Positions 1 through 9,721 of a stretch of 64,000 bases of DNA are shown here, piece by piece (the first letter of the stretch is position 1; each line of letters begins with the position of its first letter). Origin of the DNA: Prorocentrum cordatum. Its lineage: Eukaryota. Location: NCBI GenBank assembly GCA_963575745.1, contig CAUYUJ010000002.1:992001-1056000 (forward strand), in the 5' to 3' direction. The position numbers were made by a program, and so were the translations under genes. Below the pieces are notes generated by a model. The model was not told the origin of the DNA and searched no databases. It saw nothing but the letters and a program-made list of their open reading frames with translations.

Positions 1-1019
1 AACGTCGTTCGTGGAAATGTTTGCGGGCGAAGGCGGCACGACCCACTGCGTCAGAGATGAGTACACCTTGACCGCATATGCGTTCGAGAGGCGCTACGCC
101 AAGTACCAGGACGCAACGCTGTTGCAGGGGATGCTGCACGCCTTCTACTTGGCGGCCACAGTCGAAGTGGGGGGAGGTATTCATTTCAGCCCAGAATGCT
201 CGAGCTGGATTAACATGTGCACTGGCCACACGAAACGTTCCTCCAGCGACACGTTCGGCGACGACAGGCGCAGGGACGTCCTCGAGGCTAACCACGTCGC
301 CCTGGTCGTGTCGCATGGGGGTCAAAAGCGAGGATGGCGAGGGTGAGTTTGACGAGGGCCCAGCGGCGCCTCCAAGGAGGGAGGGGGGAGAGGGGGTAGG
401 GAGGGGGAGGGTGGAAGGGAAGGGCGGAAGGATGAGGAAGTGCAGGTGGAGGTGGAGGCGGAGGGGGGAGAAAGGGAGAGGAACGGGGGAGGATGAGGTT
501 CGAGGAGGAAGAGAAGGGTGAATTTTTTTATGTGAACGCGGACGGCAGGGGGAATGCCCAACCCAAAAACGACCCCCCCCTGCGAGGTCGTGGATGATCT
601 TCTTCGCCGCGACGAGGGGTGTGTGGGTGCTCCTGGAACAGCCCGTGAACAGCATGTTTTTTAAACACGTGTGCGTAGATCGCGCACTGAAGATGTGCAA
701 AGCCGTCCGCATTCACACGTGGCTGGGAGGTTTCGGGGCGGCGACGCACAAACCGCTCGAGCTGCACACCACTATGCCAGTAACGTTTCACCAATCGCTG
801 CGCAAGAGTATTCGTGAGTCTAAGGAGCTCCTTGGAGCGTCCGATAAGAAACTGTATAAGCTGAACATGCGCAAAGTCGCCCGTTCACCTTCCAAGAAAG
901 GATGGTCGGCGAAGGGCTGGGTTACAAAGAGTGACCCGTCTGTCATTAAGCAGTCGCAAGTGTATCCTGTGGCTTTCTGTAAGGTGGTGGCAGCCGTGGT
1001 TGCTGGCGCGCGTGACTGA
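1..1019 (+). CDS. C5-cytosine DNA methyltransferase-like gene, two exons (<1..309, 587..1019), 5'-partial
   Basis: Exon 1 has VEMFAGEGG (motif I-like FxGxGG) and FSPECSSW (motif IV-like PxC). Exon 2 has LLEQP (motif VI-like), HKP and SQVYPVAFC (motif X-like). Removing a GT..AG intron at 310-586 (277 nt) joins the two ORFs in frame: ...EANHVALVVSWMIFFAATRGVWVLLEQP... Confidence 0.75.
310..586 (+). other. Predicted spliceosomal intron with inverted ends (Introner-like)
   Basis: Starts GTCGCATGGGGGTC and ends GACCCCCCCCTGCGAG|G. The ends are imperfect inverted repeats, GTCG is repeated at 310-313 and 587-590, and the length restores the reading frame. Confidence 0.65.
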
Positions 1020-1047
1020 TCGAACTCTCGGCTAGTTTGCTCAGTTT

Positions 1048-1140
1048 CTAGCGGTGGAACAGCAGTGGAACACAGGTGGAACACAGGTGGAACAGCAGTG
1101 GAACAGCAGTGGGACACAGGTGGAACAGCCGTGGAACACC
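1048..1140. repeat. About 11-bp tandem minisatellite (GTGGAACAGCA / GTGGAACACAG)
   Basis: About 8 adjacent copies visible just downstream of the MTase-like stop codon. Confidence 0.85.
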
Positions 1141-1686
1141 AATGTAATTCATTTTGATATGGCTTCGCAGCCCAGTGCCGTGCAACAGTTTGAGCCAGTG
1201 GCACGCGCGTGACGTTCGCGCGTGCGCAGCTCCTCGGAGGGGGGGGGGAGGAGAGGGAGGCGTGGGTGGAAAGGAGGGGGAATGGAGGGCATGGTCATTC
1301 CTCCCTCCTCTCCTCCTCCTCCTCCTCCTCCGTCTCCTCCTGCTCCTCCTTCCCCTCCTCCTCCTCCTCCTCCTCCTCCTCCTTGTACTCCTCCTCTCGT
1401 TCCTGCCTCCCTCCATCAGACCCCACTCCATACTTACCACTTTTGGCCAGGCTCGCATGCTTCCGCGGGTGCGTGTGGAGCGGAGCTCCGATATTTCGAA
1501 GCAGTTTCTAGTCGGCCTCCTCACGCGTGTGCAAACATGTTTCTTGGCCGCCAGCCCCATGGGAAAAGAAAGGAACGGTCGACTGCCAGGCGAAACCTAA
1601 ACCTCACAGATATACAGAACCAAATGCAATTCGAAACCTCCACCTGCCATTCCCCTCCTCCGCCCTTCCGTTCACCTCCGTATTTC

Positions 1687-1707
1687 CCGTGGCCATTTTG
1701 GCTCAAG
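1687..1707 (+). other. Relic dinoflagellate spliced-leader (SL) sequence
   Basis: CCGTGGCCATTTTGGCTCAAG versus the known SL core CCGTAGCCATTTTGGCTCAAG: 20/21 identical. Confidence 0.85.
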
Positions 1708-1828
1708 GGTTTCTGGCATCGCAGTCGGTCTTGCAACGGTGTCTGTTCGCCGATTGGCGCTCGGGATCTCACCGCCAGCGTGGGCTCGCGAAGAGCCCGA
1801 CGTGCCTCGCATTATGCTGTAGCTGGCG

Positions 1829-2283
1829 ATGGGGCATATTCGTGGTGTTTGCGAAGATGAGGCTGGCGATGATGCGGTATTCCTGGAGTCTTATTGCGAG
1901 GATTCGGTCAGCGATGAATCGGCCAGCGATGAATCGGCTGATGAGACCGATGGCAAACCTAACCTCCTGGGACCCCTGGACTTGCCTCGGAAACTGAATC
2001 GCTCATCGCACCAGCGAGTGCTCGAGAAACGGAAGCGCATGGAGGAGGACACGACGAGAGAGGAGGCCAGGAACAAGTTGGAGCATGGTCTAGTCCTGCG
2101 CCTGGGCCAGAAGGACAAGAACGGGGGCGAGAGCACGGTCGAGGACGAGGACACGATGAAGGGCGAGGACAAGAGCACGGTCATGGGCGATCTCGTCACG
2201 GACGACGAGTGCAAGGGCGACGAGTTCGACGACGACAAGGGCGACGCGGACATGAGGCCCTCGCTGGCCCTCGCTCCCGAGGA
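1829..2283 (+). CDS. Possible first exon of an unknown acidic protein downstream of the SL relic
   Basis: ATG about 120 nt after the SL relic, with G/C-ending codons. The frame then runs into a (CCT)n tract that is probably intronic or inserted. No recognisable domain. Confidence 0.3.
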
Positions 2284-2885
2284 GTTCGTCCTCCTCATCT
2301 TCCTCTTCCTCCTCCTCCTCCTCCTCCTCCTCCAACTCCTCCTCCTCCTCCCCCTCCTCCTCCTCCTCCTCCTCCTCCTCCTCCTCCTCCTCCCTTGGCC
2401 TGCGCGGCCTTCGGTGGACCCACCCCGCCGTGGGAAATGGGCGGGTTGGCCCTAGGATGAAGGGCAGGAGGCGGGAGGCAGGGATGAGGAGAGGGGACGT
2501 GGGGGATACAAGGGGCAGGAGGAGGAGAGGGAGGGGGCTACCCAAGGAGGAGCCCCCACCGGTCAACCTCGCGAGCCAGCCGCACTTCGATTTCGAGGGG
2601 GTCCTGGGCCCACTGTACAGGGACTGCGCGATCTTGTGGCAGCAGTGAGCCAGCGGCAGAGGGGCCCTTGGAAGGAGGAGGAGGAGGACGACGAGGTAGG
2701 AGGGAAGAGGAGTTTGGAGGTGGGAGGTTGGAAGAGGTTGGAGGGAGGGGGGGGGGGGAGGAGGTTGGAGGAAGGAGAAGGTCGAGCTCTAACAACGCAC
2801 TGTGCACGGGGTCTAGCGCACAGTGGAAGAGTGGCCGAGCGCGAACGGCCTCTCTCACTCTTCTTCTTCTGCCTGTCCTCTGCGC

Positions 2886-3090
2886 TGACACGTCTGGTGG
2901 TCCCCTAATGGGTATAATGACACGTCTGGTGGCCTCTAAATAGATAGTGACACGTCTGGTGGGCCCCCCAATGGGCAATGACACGTCTGGCGGCCGCCCC
3001 AGCGGCAATTGCCCGTCTGGGGCAAGTGGTCCATAGTGTGCGGCGACAAGGAGGGAAATGCGCGCCCTAACGACGCGTCTGGTGGTGCGA
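2886..3090. repeat. About 30-bp minisatellite with TGACACGTCTGGTGG core
   Basis: Four near-perfect and two degenerate copies, separated by related 15-17-nt segments. Confidence 0.8.
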
Positions 3091-4197
3091 CGCGGCGCGC
3101 CGACATGGGCACGAAGGACCTTGTCCCTGGGGCTCTACCCGTGGGGCACGATTCGCGTGGGAGGTGCGCCGCAATGTGCATGGGGCTTAAATGCGACCAT
3201 CGTCTCTCGGGCCCTAAATGCAGATCCCTGTGGGCCGCGATCCGCATGGGAGGCGTTCCGAAGTAGGCGGGGGAGCGGCATGCGAACCTTGTCTCTGGGA
3301 CCGTAAGTGAAGCTCCCTGCGGGGAGGGGGACCTGGAGGAGGAGGAGGAGGAGAAGGAGGAGGAGGAGGAGGAGGAGGAGAAAGAGGAGGAGGAGGAGGA
3401 GGAGGAGGAGGAGAAGGAGAAGGAGGAGGGGGTGGAGGAAGGGGGAAGAAGAGGGGGGAGGAGGAGGAGGAGAAGGAGGAGGAGGAGAAGGAGGAAGAGG
3501 AGGAGGACGAGGAGGAGGAGGAGGAGGAGGAGGAAGGAGGAGGAGAGAGGATAATGAGGAACTGATATAATGTTCAGCTGTGCTACTACTTGCTCAGCTT
3601 GGAAAAAATACGGAACAACTTGCCGCCTAGAGATATGTCTCCGTGTTTTGTCGACGCTGGGAAATATTTCAACAGGCCCTGGTAGAAACACGCCCTGTGT
3701 CATTTTTGCCCACCGGTTTTCTCTGGGGGCGGAGGAAGGGAACTTGAAAGGAGGGCGGGGGACGATCGCCGAATCGAGTTCCTCACGGAGAGCCGACGAC
3801 TGACGACCGACCGCTGTCCCGCGGGAGAGGGGAGTTTTTTTGTTGAGCGCACGGTGTCCTGTGGTTAAGTTCTCACGAGCTGTGCCTTATGTTTAATGGC
3901 CTCGGCGGGGCCGTGGCGACGCTCCACGGGACGTCTGGTTCCAAACCGTAGGCCGAATCAGGCAGGAACCTTGCAGTACGCGTGCTTGTCGAATCAAAAC
4001 TGCGCAGCTGCGCCCTTGCGATGCGCAAAAAATGAAGCAAGAAATGCTCTCCGACACAGCTTGCGAGGGCAAAACAGGAAAAACGCAAAGGCAGAAACAG
4101 GAAGCATATACAGAAAGTAGAAAAACACAGAAAACAACACAAATTTCATATTTAATTATATATGCATACATATGAAAAAATCGCAAAAACCATGTTC

Positions 4198-6243
4198 TCA
4201 TTTCAATGATGCAAAATGATAACATATGCTAACACACCCGATGTTCTCAAAAAAAGAGCACGGCAGACCACAGGGGAGCTCCATGGGTGTCGGTAGGCCA
4301 GAACCCCTGAGCTGTTCGTCGGTAGGAGCCCCTCCGGTCGCGGACCGGAGTGCGTCAGGATCCAGCCTGGCTCGCTTGATCTCCAGGTCGTCCTCGGACA
4401 GAGAAGGTCGTCTCGACGAAGCCCGCGAGCCGCCAGCTGTGGCCACCGCCTGTGAGCCTGTCTCCGATCCGGCAGGTGTCGAGCCAGTCTGAGACACAGG
4501 AGGTGTTGGCTCGGCGGCTGGCTCCCTCTGAGGTCCGGCTGCGGCTGAGACAGCACCGCCCTGTCCGAGAGCTCCTGCAGGGTCCGCTGGAGCAGGATCT
4601 GACTCCTCGTGCTCTGGCACAGGTATCAGACGAGTCACTGGACCGGGAGCCCAGACGAGTCGCGGTCTAGGTCTCACGCCGGCAGCCTGGGTCGGAGGTC
4701 GCAGTCCCGGTGGCGGTGCAGGAGGCTCAGCAACTGCTTGAGCCACAGTACCTGCGACAGCCGGAGTCGGAGCTGGAGTGGGGTGGGAGCTGGAGTCGGG
4801 AGCTGGAGTAGGGACCTCTGGAGCCTCGATGTTGTTGGAGCCCATGTTGGAGTCCCGAGAGCCCCCTTGGTGGCCTGGAACCTCGTTGGAGCCTGCTGGT
4901 GCTATGGTCACGGGAGACGCGTTACCCTCGGAGCTGATGGGAGTCATGGTGGCCTCTGGTGGTGGTGGTCCCTCTTGAGCAACGTCTAGAGCCCCTCCCG
5001 AGATCCCCTTAGCAAGCTGCTCGTCCAAGACGTCCCGATAGCACGTGGTCTGGATAAGCTCGGCCCCGAGGGACTCTGACTGCGTAGCAGGTCGTATCTG
5101 TTCACAACTGCATTTCCACAAACGACTGCGCACACACACCCACACTGTTGTTCCATGATGAAATATCACTGCACCTGGCCCAACCCACCGATCCCGTTGC
5201 AAACCGTATGGTTTGCGCCCTGTCTTGGGCGCTCGCCTCCAGATGTATACCCAATCCCCTGGTCGGTAGGTCCTGTCCCTGTGCCACGCTGATCCCAACG
5301 CATGCTGCAACTTCCTACGCGCATCTCCTTCCATCGCAAGCTGTCGGGCACGAGACCGGATCTCGTGTTGATGTCGGAAAGCTGCCGCCGCACTGTCGAG
5401 GTCGGCGCTCGGTTCCTCGAGATCGTGAAGTCCTATGTGGTCTAACGGGTCCTCGCTGAGCAACTCCTGTGGTACCCTGGGGTTTTGCCCAAATACTAGC
5501 TGTAGTGGTGAATACCCGCCTCGATTCAGGAAACGATTCCGCCAGGCAGCCAATTCACAGGCCGCCAGCTCTAGGTCGTCGGGTCCCTCCAGGATGGTAT
5601 CGTCCACGAACCGCTGGAGCCGCTCCTTCAACCATTGACCCGCCCGCTCTGTCTTCCCGTTCTGCCAAGGGCTGTCTGCGTCGGTGGTGTGCTGGAACAC
5701 CCCTTGTTGCTCCAAGTGTCTGCTAAACTCAGCCTCGAATTCCTTCCCGCCGTCGGATATAAGGACCTCTGGAGGTCCGTAATGTCGGATCCACCCCCGT
5801 GAGAAGGCTTTCCACACTGCTGCTGGCTGCGAACATCTCCCGGGTCCCACAATCCCTACCCACTGTAGCGAGGTCCCCAGGCATACGGCATTCAGAAACG
5901 TGTACTCCCGGTGCTGATATGTCACAAAGAACAGGTCTACTCCAATCAGCTTGTTGAATGAGAATGTCCGAGCAACTGTTGCCTTTCGCTGAGGAATCGA
6001 CTTGCTGGCACTCTCGCATGACTGGCACACAAAGTGATGCTGAACGTAGCGCAGTATCTCTGGCCGAGCGTGAGCACACCGAAGGATGCGAAGCAGGTCT
6101 CTCTTGGTGGGATGACCAAGATTAATATGTGCCTTCTCCACCTGCCGAATCTGCTCCTGAGTCAACGGGCAGTCCTGCTGCTGCTGCTGCTCATCCTCCT
6201 CCTCCTCCTCGTCCTCAGAGTTGTCCTGCTCGTGGCCCTCCAC
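4198..6243 (-). CDS. Retroelement integrase (HHCC zinc finger, DDE core, C-terminal domain, low-complexity tail)
   Basis: HINLGH...CQSC; IGVDLFF, LISDGGKEF, SPWQNGKTER; YRPGDWVYIWR...RWVGPG. The last ~20 codons run into unrelated AT-rich sequence. Confidence 0.92.
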   Translation of the reverse strand: MEGHEQDNSEDEEEEEDEQQQQQDCPLTQEQIRQVEKAHINLGHPTKRDLLRILRCAHARPEILRYVQHHFVCQSCESASKSIPQRKATVARTFSFNKLIGVDLFFVTYQHREYTFLNAVCLGTSLQWVGIVGPGRCSQPAAVWKAFSRGWIRHYGPPEVLISDGGKEFEAEFSRHLEQQGVFQHTTDADSPWQNGKTERAGQWLKERLQRFVDDTILEGPDDLELAACELAAWRNRFLNRGGYSPLQLVFGQNPRVPQELLSEDPLDHIGLHDLEEPSADLDSAAAAFRHQHEIRSRARQLAMEGDARRKLQHALGSAWHRDRTYRPGDWVYIWRRAPKTGRKPYGLQRDRWVGPGAVIFHHGTTVWVCVRSRLWKCSCEQIRPATQSESLGAELIQTTCYRDVLDEQLAKGISGGALDVAQEGPPPPEATMTPISSEGNASPVTIAPAGSNEVPGHQGGSRDSNMGSNNIEAPEVPTPAPDSSSHPTPAPTPAVAGTVAQAVAEPPAPPPGLRPPTQAAGVRPRPRLVWAPGPVTRLIPVPEHEESDPAPADPAGALGQGGAVSAAAGPQREPAAEPTPPVSQTGSTPAGSETGSQAVATAGGSRASSRRPSLSEDDLEIKRARLDPDALRSATGGAPTDEQLRGSGLPTPMELPCGLPCSFFENIGCVSICYHFASLK

Positions 6244-6334
6244 CTGAGACTGGGTCGTTCCTGTCGACGAGTCGCCAGCACCCCGCTCGGAAAGCTCTCG
6301 TCGGTTCCCAGCTGCTGAAGCTCTGCGGATCGGT

Positions 6335-6972
6335 GAACCGCGTGGGCTATGGTCTTGCAGAACTTAGTAGGATAGCATGCCGCGCGTCGTGGCAGACCGC
6401 CTCCCTCCAGCACCAAATGTCGGTGGTCCCCGGCACGCCGTTTTCCCAAGAGAGCCCTGTAAACTTCACAGTCGTTGGAGACCACAGTGGTTGGCTTCTT
6501 GGAAATCGTGCCAGGCCTAACCGAGAGCCCAAACCTGCACATGTCAAACGTGATCCTGGATACGCCCGGGAGCTCCAGAAGCCTCTGAGTACTGGGAAGA
6601 GCCCAAGAGGTCGCAGTAGTAGGTTGTTCCAGAGCGAACTTGCGACCGCCCGAGATCTGAAGCTCGATTATCTCCATCGCATACGCCCACAAGTCCAATG
6701 CTTCTCCACGCGCTCGGGCCATCTCGATCGGATCTCGCCGCTCATCGTTGACTGCGTTGATGGCGGCGAATTCAGTGCAGGGAGGACTGAGAAATACCAA
6801 CCATGGACGCCACTTCTTGATCAACCGCTTTCCTAGCTCCCGGTGATCCGTACGTCGGAAATCCCAGCCCGTGGTTAAGTCTAAGCTGCCACCAGTCGGT
6901 GAGCCCCTGGAGCCCAGCTGAGAGGAGACCTTTGCCGTGCGAGGAGGTGAGAAAACTTCAACAAACTCGTAT
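6335..6972 (-). CDS. C5-cytosine methyltransferase-like domain within copia pol
   Basis: Within ORF 6162..7793, in canonical order: FVEVFSPPR (motif I variant), LDLTTGWDF, VFLSPPCTEF (catalytic PC), FALEQP (motif VI-like), FDMCRFGL, KKPT, AACYPTKFC (motif X-like). Confidence 0.8.
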
Positions 6973-7504
6973 CCCCAGGAGTCGGATCCCGATACTCTTC
7001 CAAGACCTCGGAGACTCTGACGAAGACGACGCTTACTCCTCTGGTCAACCTTGAACTGGTGAGTGTAGTTGTCCAGGCCCGTTAGATTAGCTAGCGTGTC
7101 GTCGGAGTCGTGATGTAGCTCGGAGCCGCGTAGCGTCGTGATAGACAGGTAGCTCTGGAGAGGGACGACGTAGTAGGACCCCGCACCCGCAGACCCGCCT
7201 TCGGTAGAGTTGGGTCTACCCTGATAGGTGGATGTGTAGGTGCTGACCCAGAGTCGGTATCGCCCGTCGTCGGACTCACACTGCCAGGCAGGAACAGAGG
7301 GGAGATTGAGACGGGATGAGGGAGAAGATAGAGGGCCTTCGCTTTTCCCCAAAGCCTCCTGATCGATCCGGTAGCACCGGCCGTTGGCCCTGGCCTGCTC
7401 CAGAACAGCGCTGGCCTCTCTGTGTAAACTGCGAGAGGTAGGGATTCGAAGCCAGCACTCCTGTCGAGACTTGTCGCCAAGTAGCCGCAGCACGCCGCTC
7501 TCTC

Positions 7505-9721
7505 TCAGTTGCCCCTCATGTCGGTGTCCGCCGGGACCTCCTCCACCATGGTGAACCCGAGGTTTGGCAATGCCCCGGTGGTCGTCGGTGGCGGACCGGT
7601 TGGCGGTGTCGGCGAGCTGGAGTCCGCACTTCCGCCTGCTGCTGGAGACTCTGACGCCATCTGCTGCATCGTGGCCACCATGTGCGAGAGCGTCACGGAC
7701 TGCTCGCGTATCGCTGCTGTCATCGGCCCCGTGGATGCCGCCATCGCCTCGGCCACTGCTGCCGACAGGCCTCGCACCATCTCTGATGCCCACGGTGGCG
7801 GGGGCTCCTGGTTGAAGCTCGACCAGGTGTTCTCGTCGTTCGGCGCCGACGCCACGCGTCGACTCGGAGCCGGAGCTGCGCCCTCCCGCATCGCCGAGCC
7901 TGCCGAGCTCAGGGGCCTGACGTCGCGCGGGAGCTGCTGCTTGAGCTTCCTCATCTCCGATGCCGTCATCTGTCGGTGGCCGTCCCCGCGGTGCCCGATC
8001 TCTGAGAGAGCGTGATCCACCGCCGCTTTACTGTGGAAAATTGCCAACCTTTTCCTCCGGAACCCGGGGGTCTCCCCCCCCCCTCCTCCGAAAATCCCCC
8101 CCCCCCCTGCTGGAACCCCTCCCCCCCCCCCCCCCCTTCCCCCCCCCCTCCCCTCCCTCCCGGCAAAAACCCCCCCCTCCCCTTAACCCCTCCCCCTCCC
8201 CCCCCCCCTCCCCCTCTGAAAACCGGGGGGGGTCACTACCGGTTCGAACCCTCCCCCCCCCCCGGGCCTCTGGATCCGGAAAACCGGGGGGGGGTCACTA
8301 CCAGTTTGACCCCCCCCCCCCTCGAAAACCGGAGGGGGATCACTACCGGTTCGAACCCCTCCCCACCCCCCCCCACTCACCGCCAGCAAACGACTCCCGG
8401 TCCCTACCACCGTCCGCACCACATCCCCCACTGTTGTTCCCAGCACCACTGTCCTCGCCACCACTGTCCCCACTGGTTCCACCACCGTCCCTACTGCCCC
8501 CACCAGTGGCACCTACCACTGCTTCCGCCACTGCCCCGCCTTGTCACGAAAGTGTCCCCAGAACAGTTCCCACCACGATTCCACTCTCCCCACTGTCTCC
8601 ACGGCCCCAACCACTGCCCGACTATCCCCACTGTCCCCACTGTCCCACTGACTCCTCCGCTGTCCCACTGAGCTGTCCCACTGTTCCCACCACTGTCCCC
8701 ACTGTCCCCACCACTGTCCCCACTGTACCTCTGTCCCATTGTCCCACCGCCGTCCTCGCCACCGCCTTCACCACTGTCCCCACCACCATTGTACCCTCCA
8801 CTGTCCCACTGTTTCCACCTCATTCCCATTGTCCCCACACCACTGTCCCCACCACCACCGTCACCACCACTGTCCACTGTCCCCCCCTGTTCCCACCATT
8901 GTCCCCACCACTGTCCCCACCACTACCGTCCCCACCACTGTCCCACTGTCCCACTGTCCCCACCATTGTCCCCACCACTGTCCCCACCACTACCCTCCCC
9001 ACCGCTGTCCCACTGTCCCCCCACTGTCCCCACCACTGTCCCGCTGTCCCCTCACCACTGTCCCCACCAACACCGTCCCCACCACTGTCCGCACCCCCAC
9101 TCGGTTTTCGAGGGGGGGGGGGGGTTCGAACCGGTAGTGACCCCCCCGGTTTCCGGATCCGGAGGGGGGGGGGGGGGGGGAGGGGTTCGAACCGGGTGAC
9201 CCCCCCCCTTTTTCATGATGAGCTGGGGGGGGGGGGGGGGGGGGGGGAGGGGTTCGAACCGGTAGTGACCCCCCCCCGGTTTTCCGGAGGGGGGGGGGGG
9301 GGGGAGGGGTTTCGAACCGGTAGTGACCCCCCCCGGTTTTCCGCCAGCAGCGGTAGAACACGCTCTTTCCGATCTCTCGATAGGACGTCCTCACCTTGCA
9401 CTTGTTGCACTGCTCCCAGTTCCCGCACTGGTTGTGGGAGGTCACGAACCACCTGGGGCGGTGCACACAGAGCGTCCAAGGCACCGACCCGTCCGCCAAG
9501 GGAGCCGTCATCGGAACCCGGTACTCGTAGAGGTCGTTCACCAGCCTGGGGTCCTCCACCATCCTCCGACGGAGCTCCTTTCCCGGGAAGAGTCTCCCGC
9601 GCCTGTTCAGAGCAAAGAACTTGTCCATGAGGGTCTGTGTCCACATCAGTCCGGCATGCAGCAGCCTGATCCACTGGATCTTGACCCTCTCTGAGATGTC
9701 CAAGTCTGGGCGGTCCCGCAT
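7505..9721 (-). CDS. Overlapping alternative-frame ORF with Cys/His cluster (9721..9360 joined to 8030..7505), split by an insertion
   Basis: ORFs 8990..9721 and 7505..8047 are in the same frame and are rich in G/C-ending codons. They contain CVH..NQCGNWEQCNKC and overlap the gag-PR/MTase frame. Confidence 0.55.
8031..9359. mobile_element. Foldback-like insertion inside the copia element
   Basis: The left arm has repeated AAACCGGGGGGGGTCACTACCGGTTCGAACCC and the right arm repeats its reverse complement. The centre (about 8400-9095) is a CCCCACTGT/CCCCACCACTGT tandem array. The length, about 1329 nt, is a multiple of 3. Confidence 0.75.

Noticed and set aside
1687..1760. Functional SL RNA gene
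   Set aside because: The match is followed by GGTTTC rather than an immediate GT donor and recognisable SL intron; better read as a relic.
2886..3090. CRISPR-like repeat-spacer pattern (TGACACGTCTGGTGG)
   Set aside because: The repeat and spacers are too short, the spacers resemble each other, there are no cas genes and the context is eukaryotic; it is a minisatellite.
3870..4255. 3' LTR or RT of the first copia element
   Set aside because: AT-rich sequence with no visible similarity to 12020-12330 and no RT motifs; the element appears truncated here.
7960..9630. 556-aa Pro/Thr-rich ORF on the plus strand
   Set aside because: Translation of the foldback insertion and the antisense of the copia sequence.
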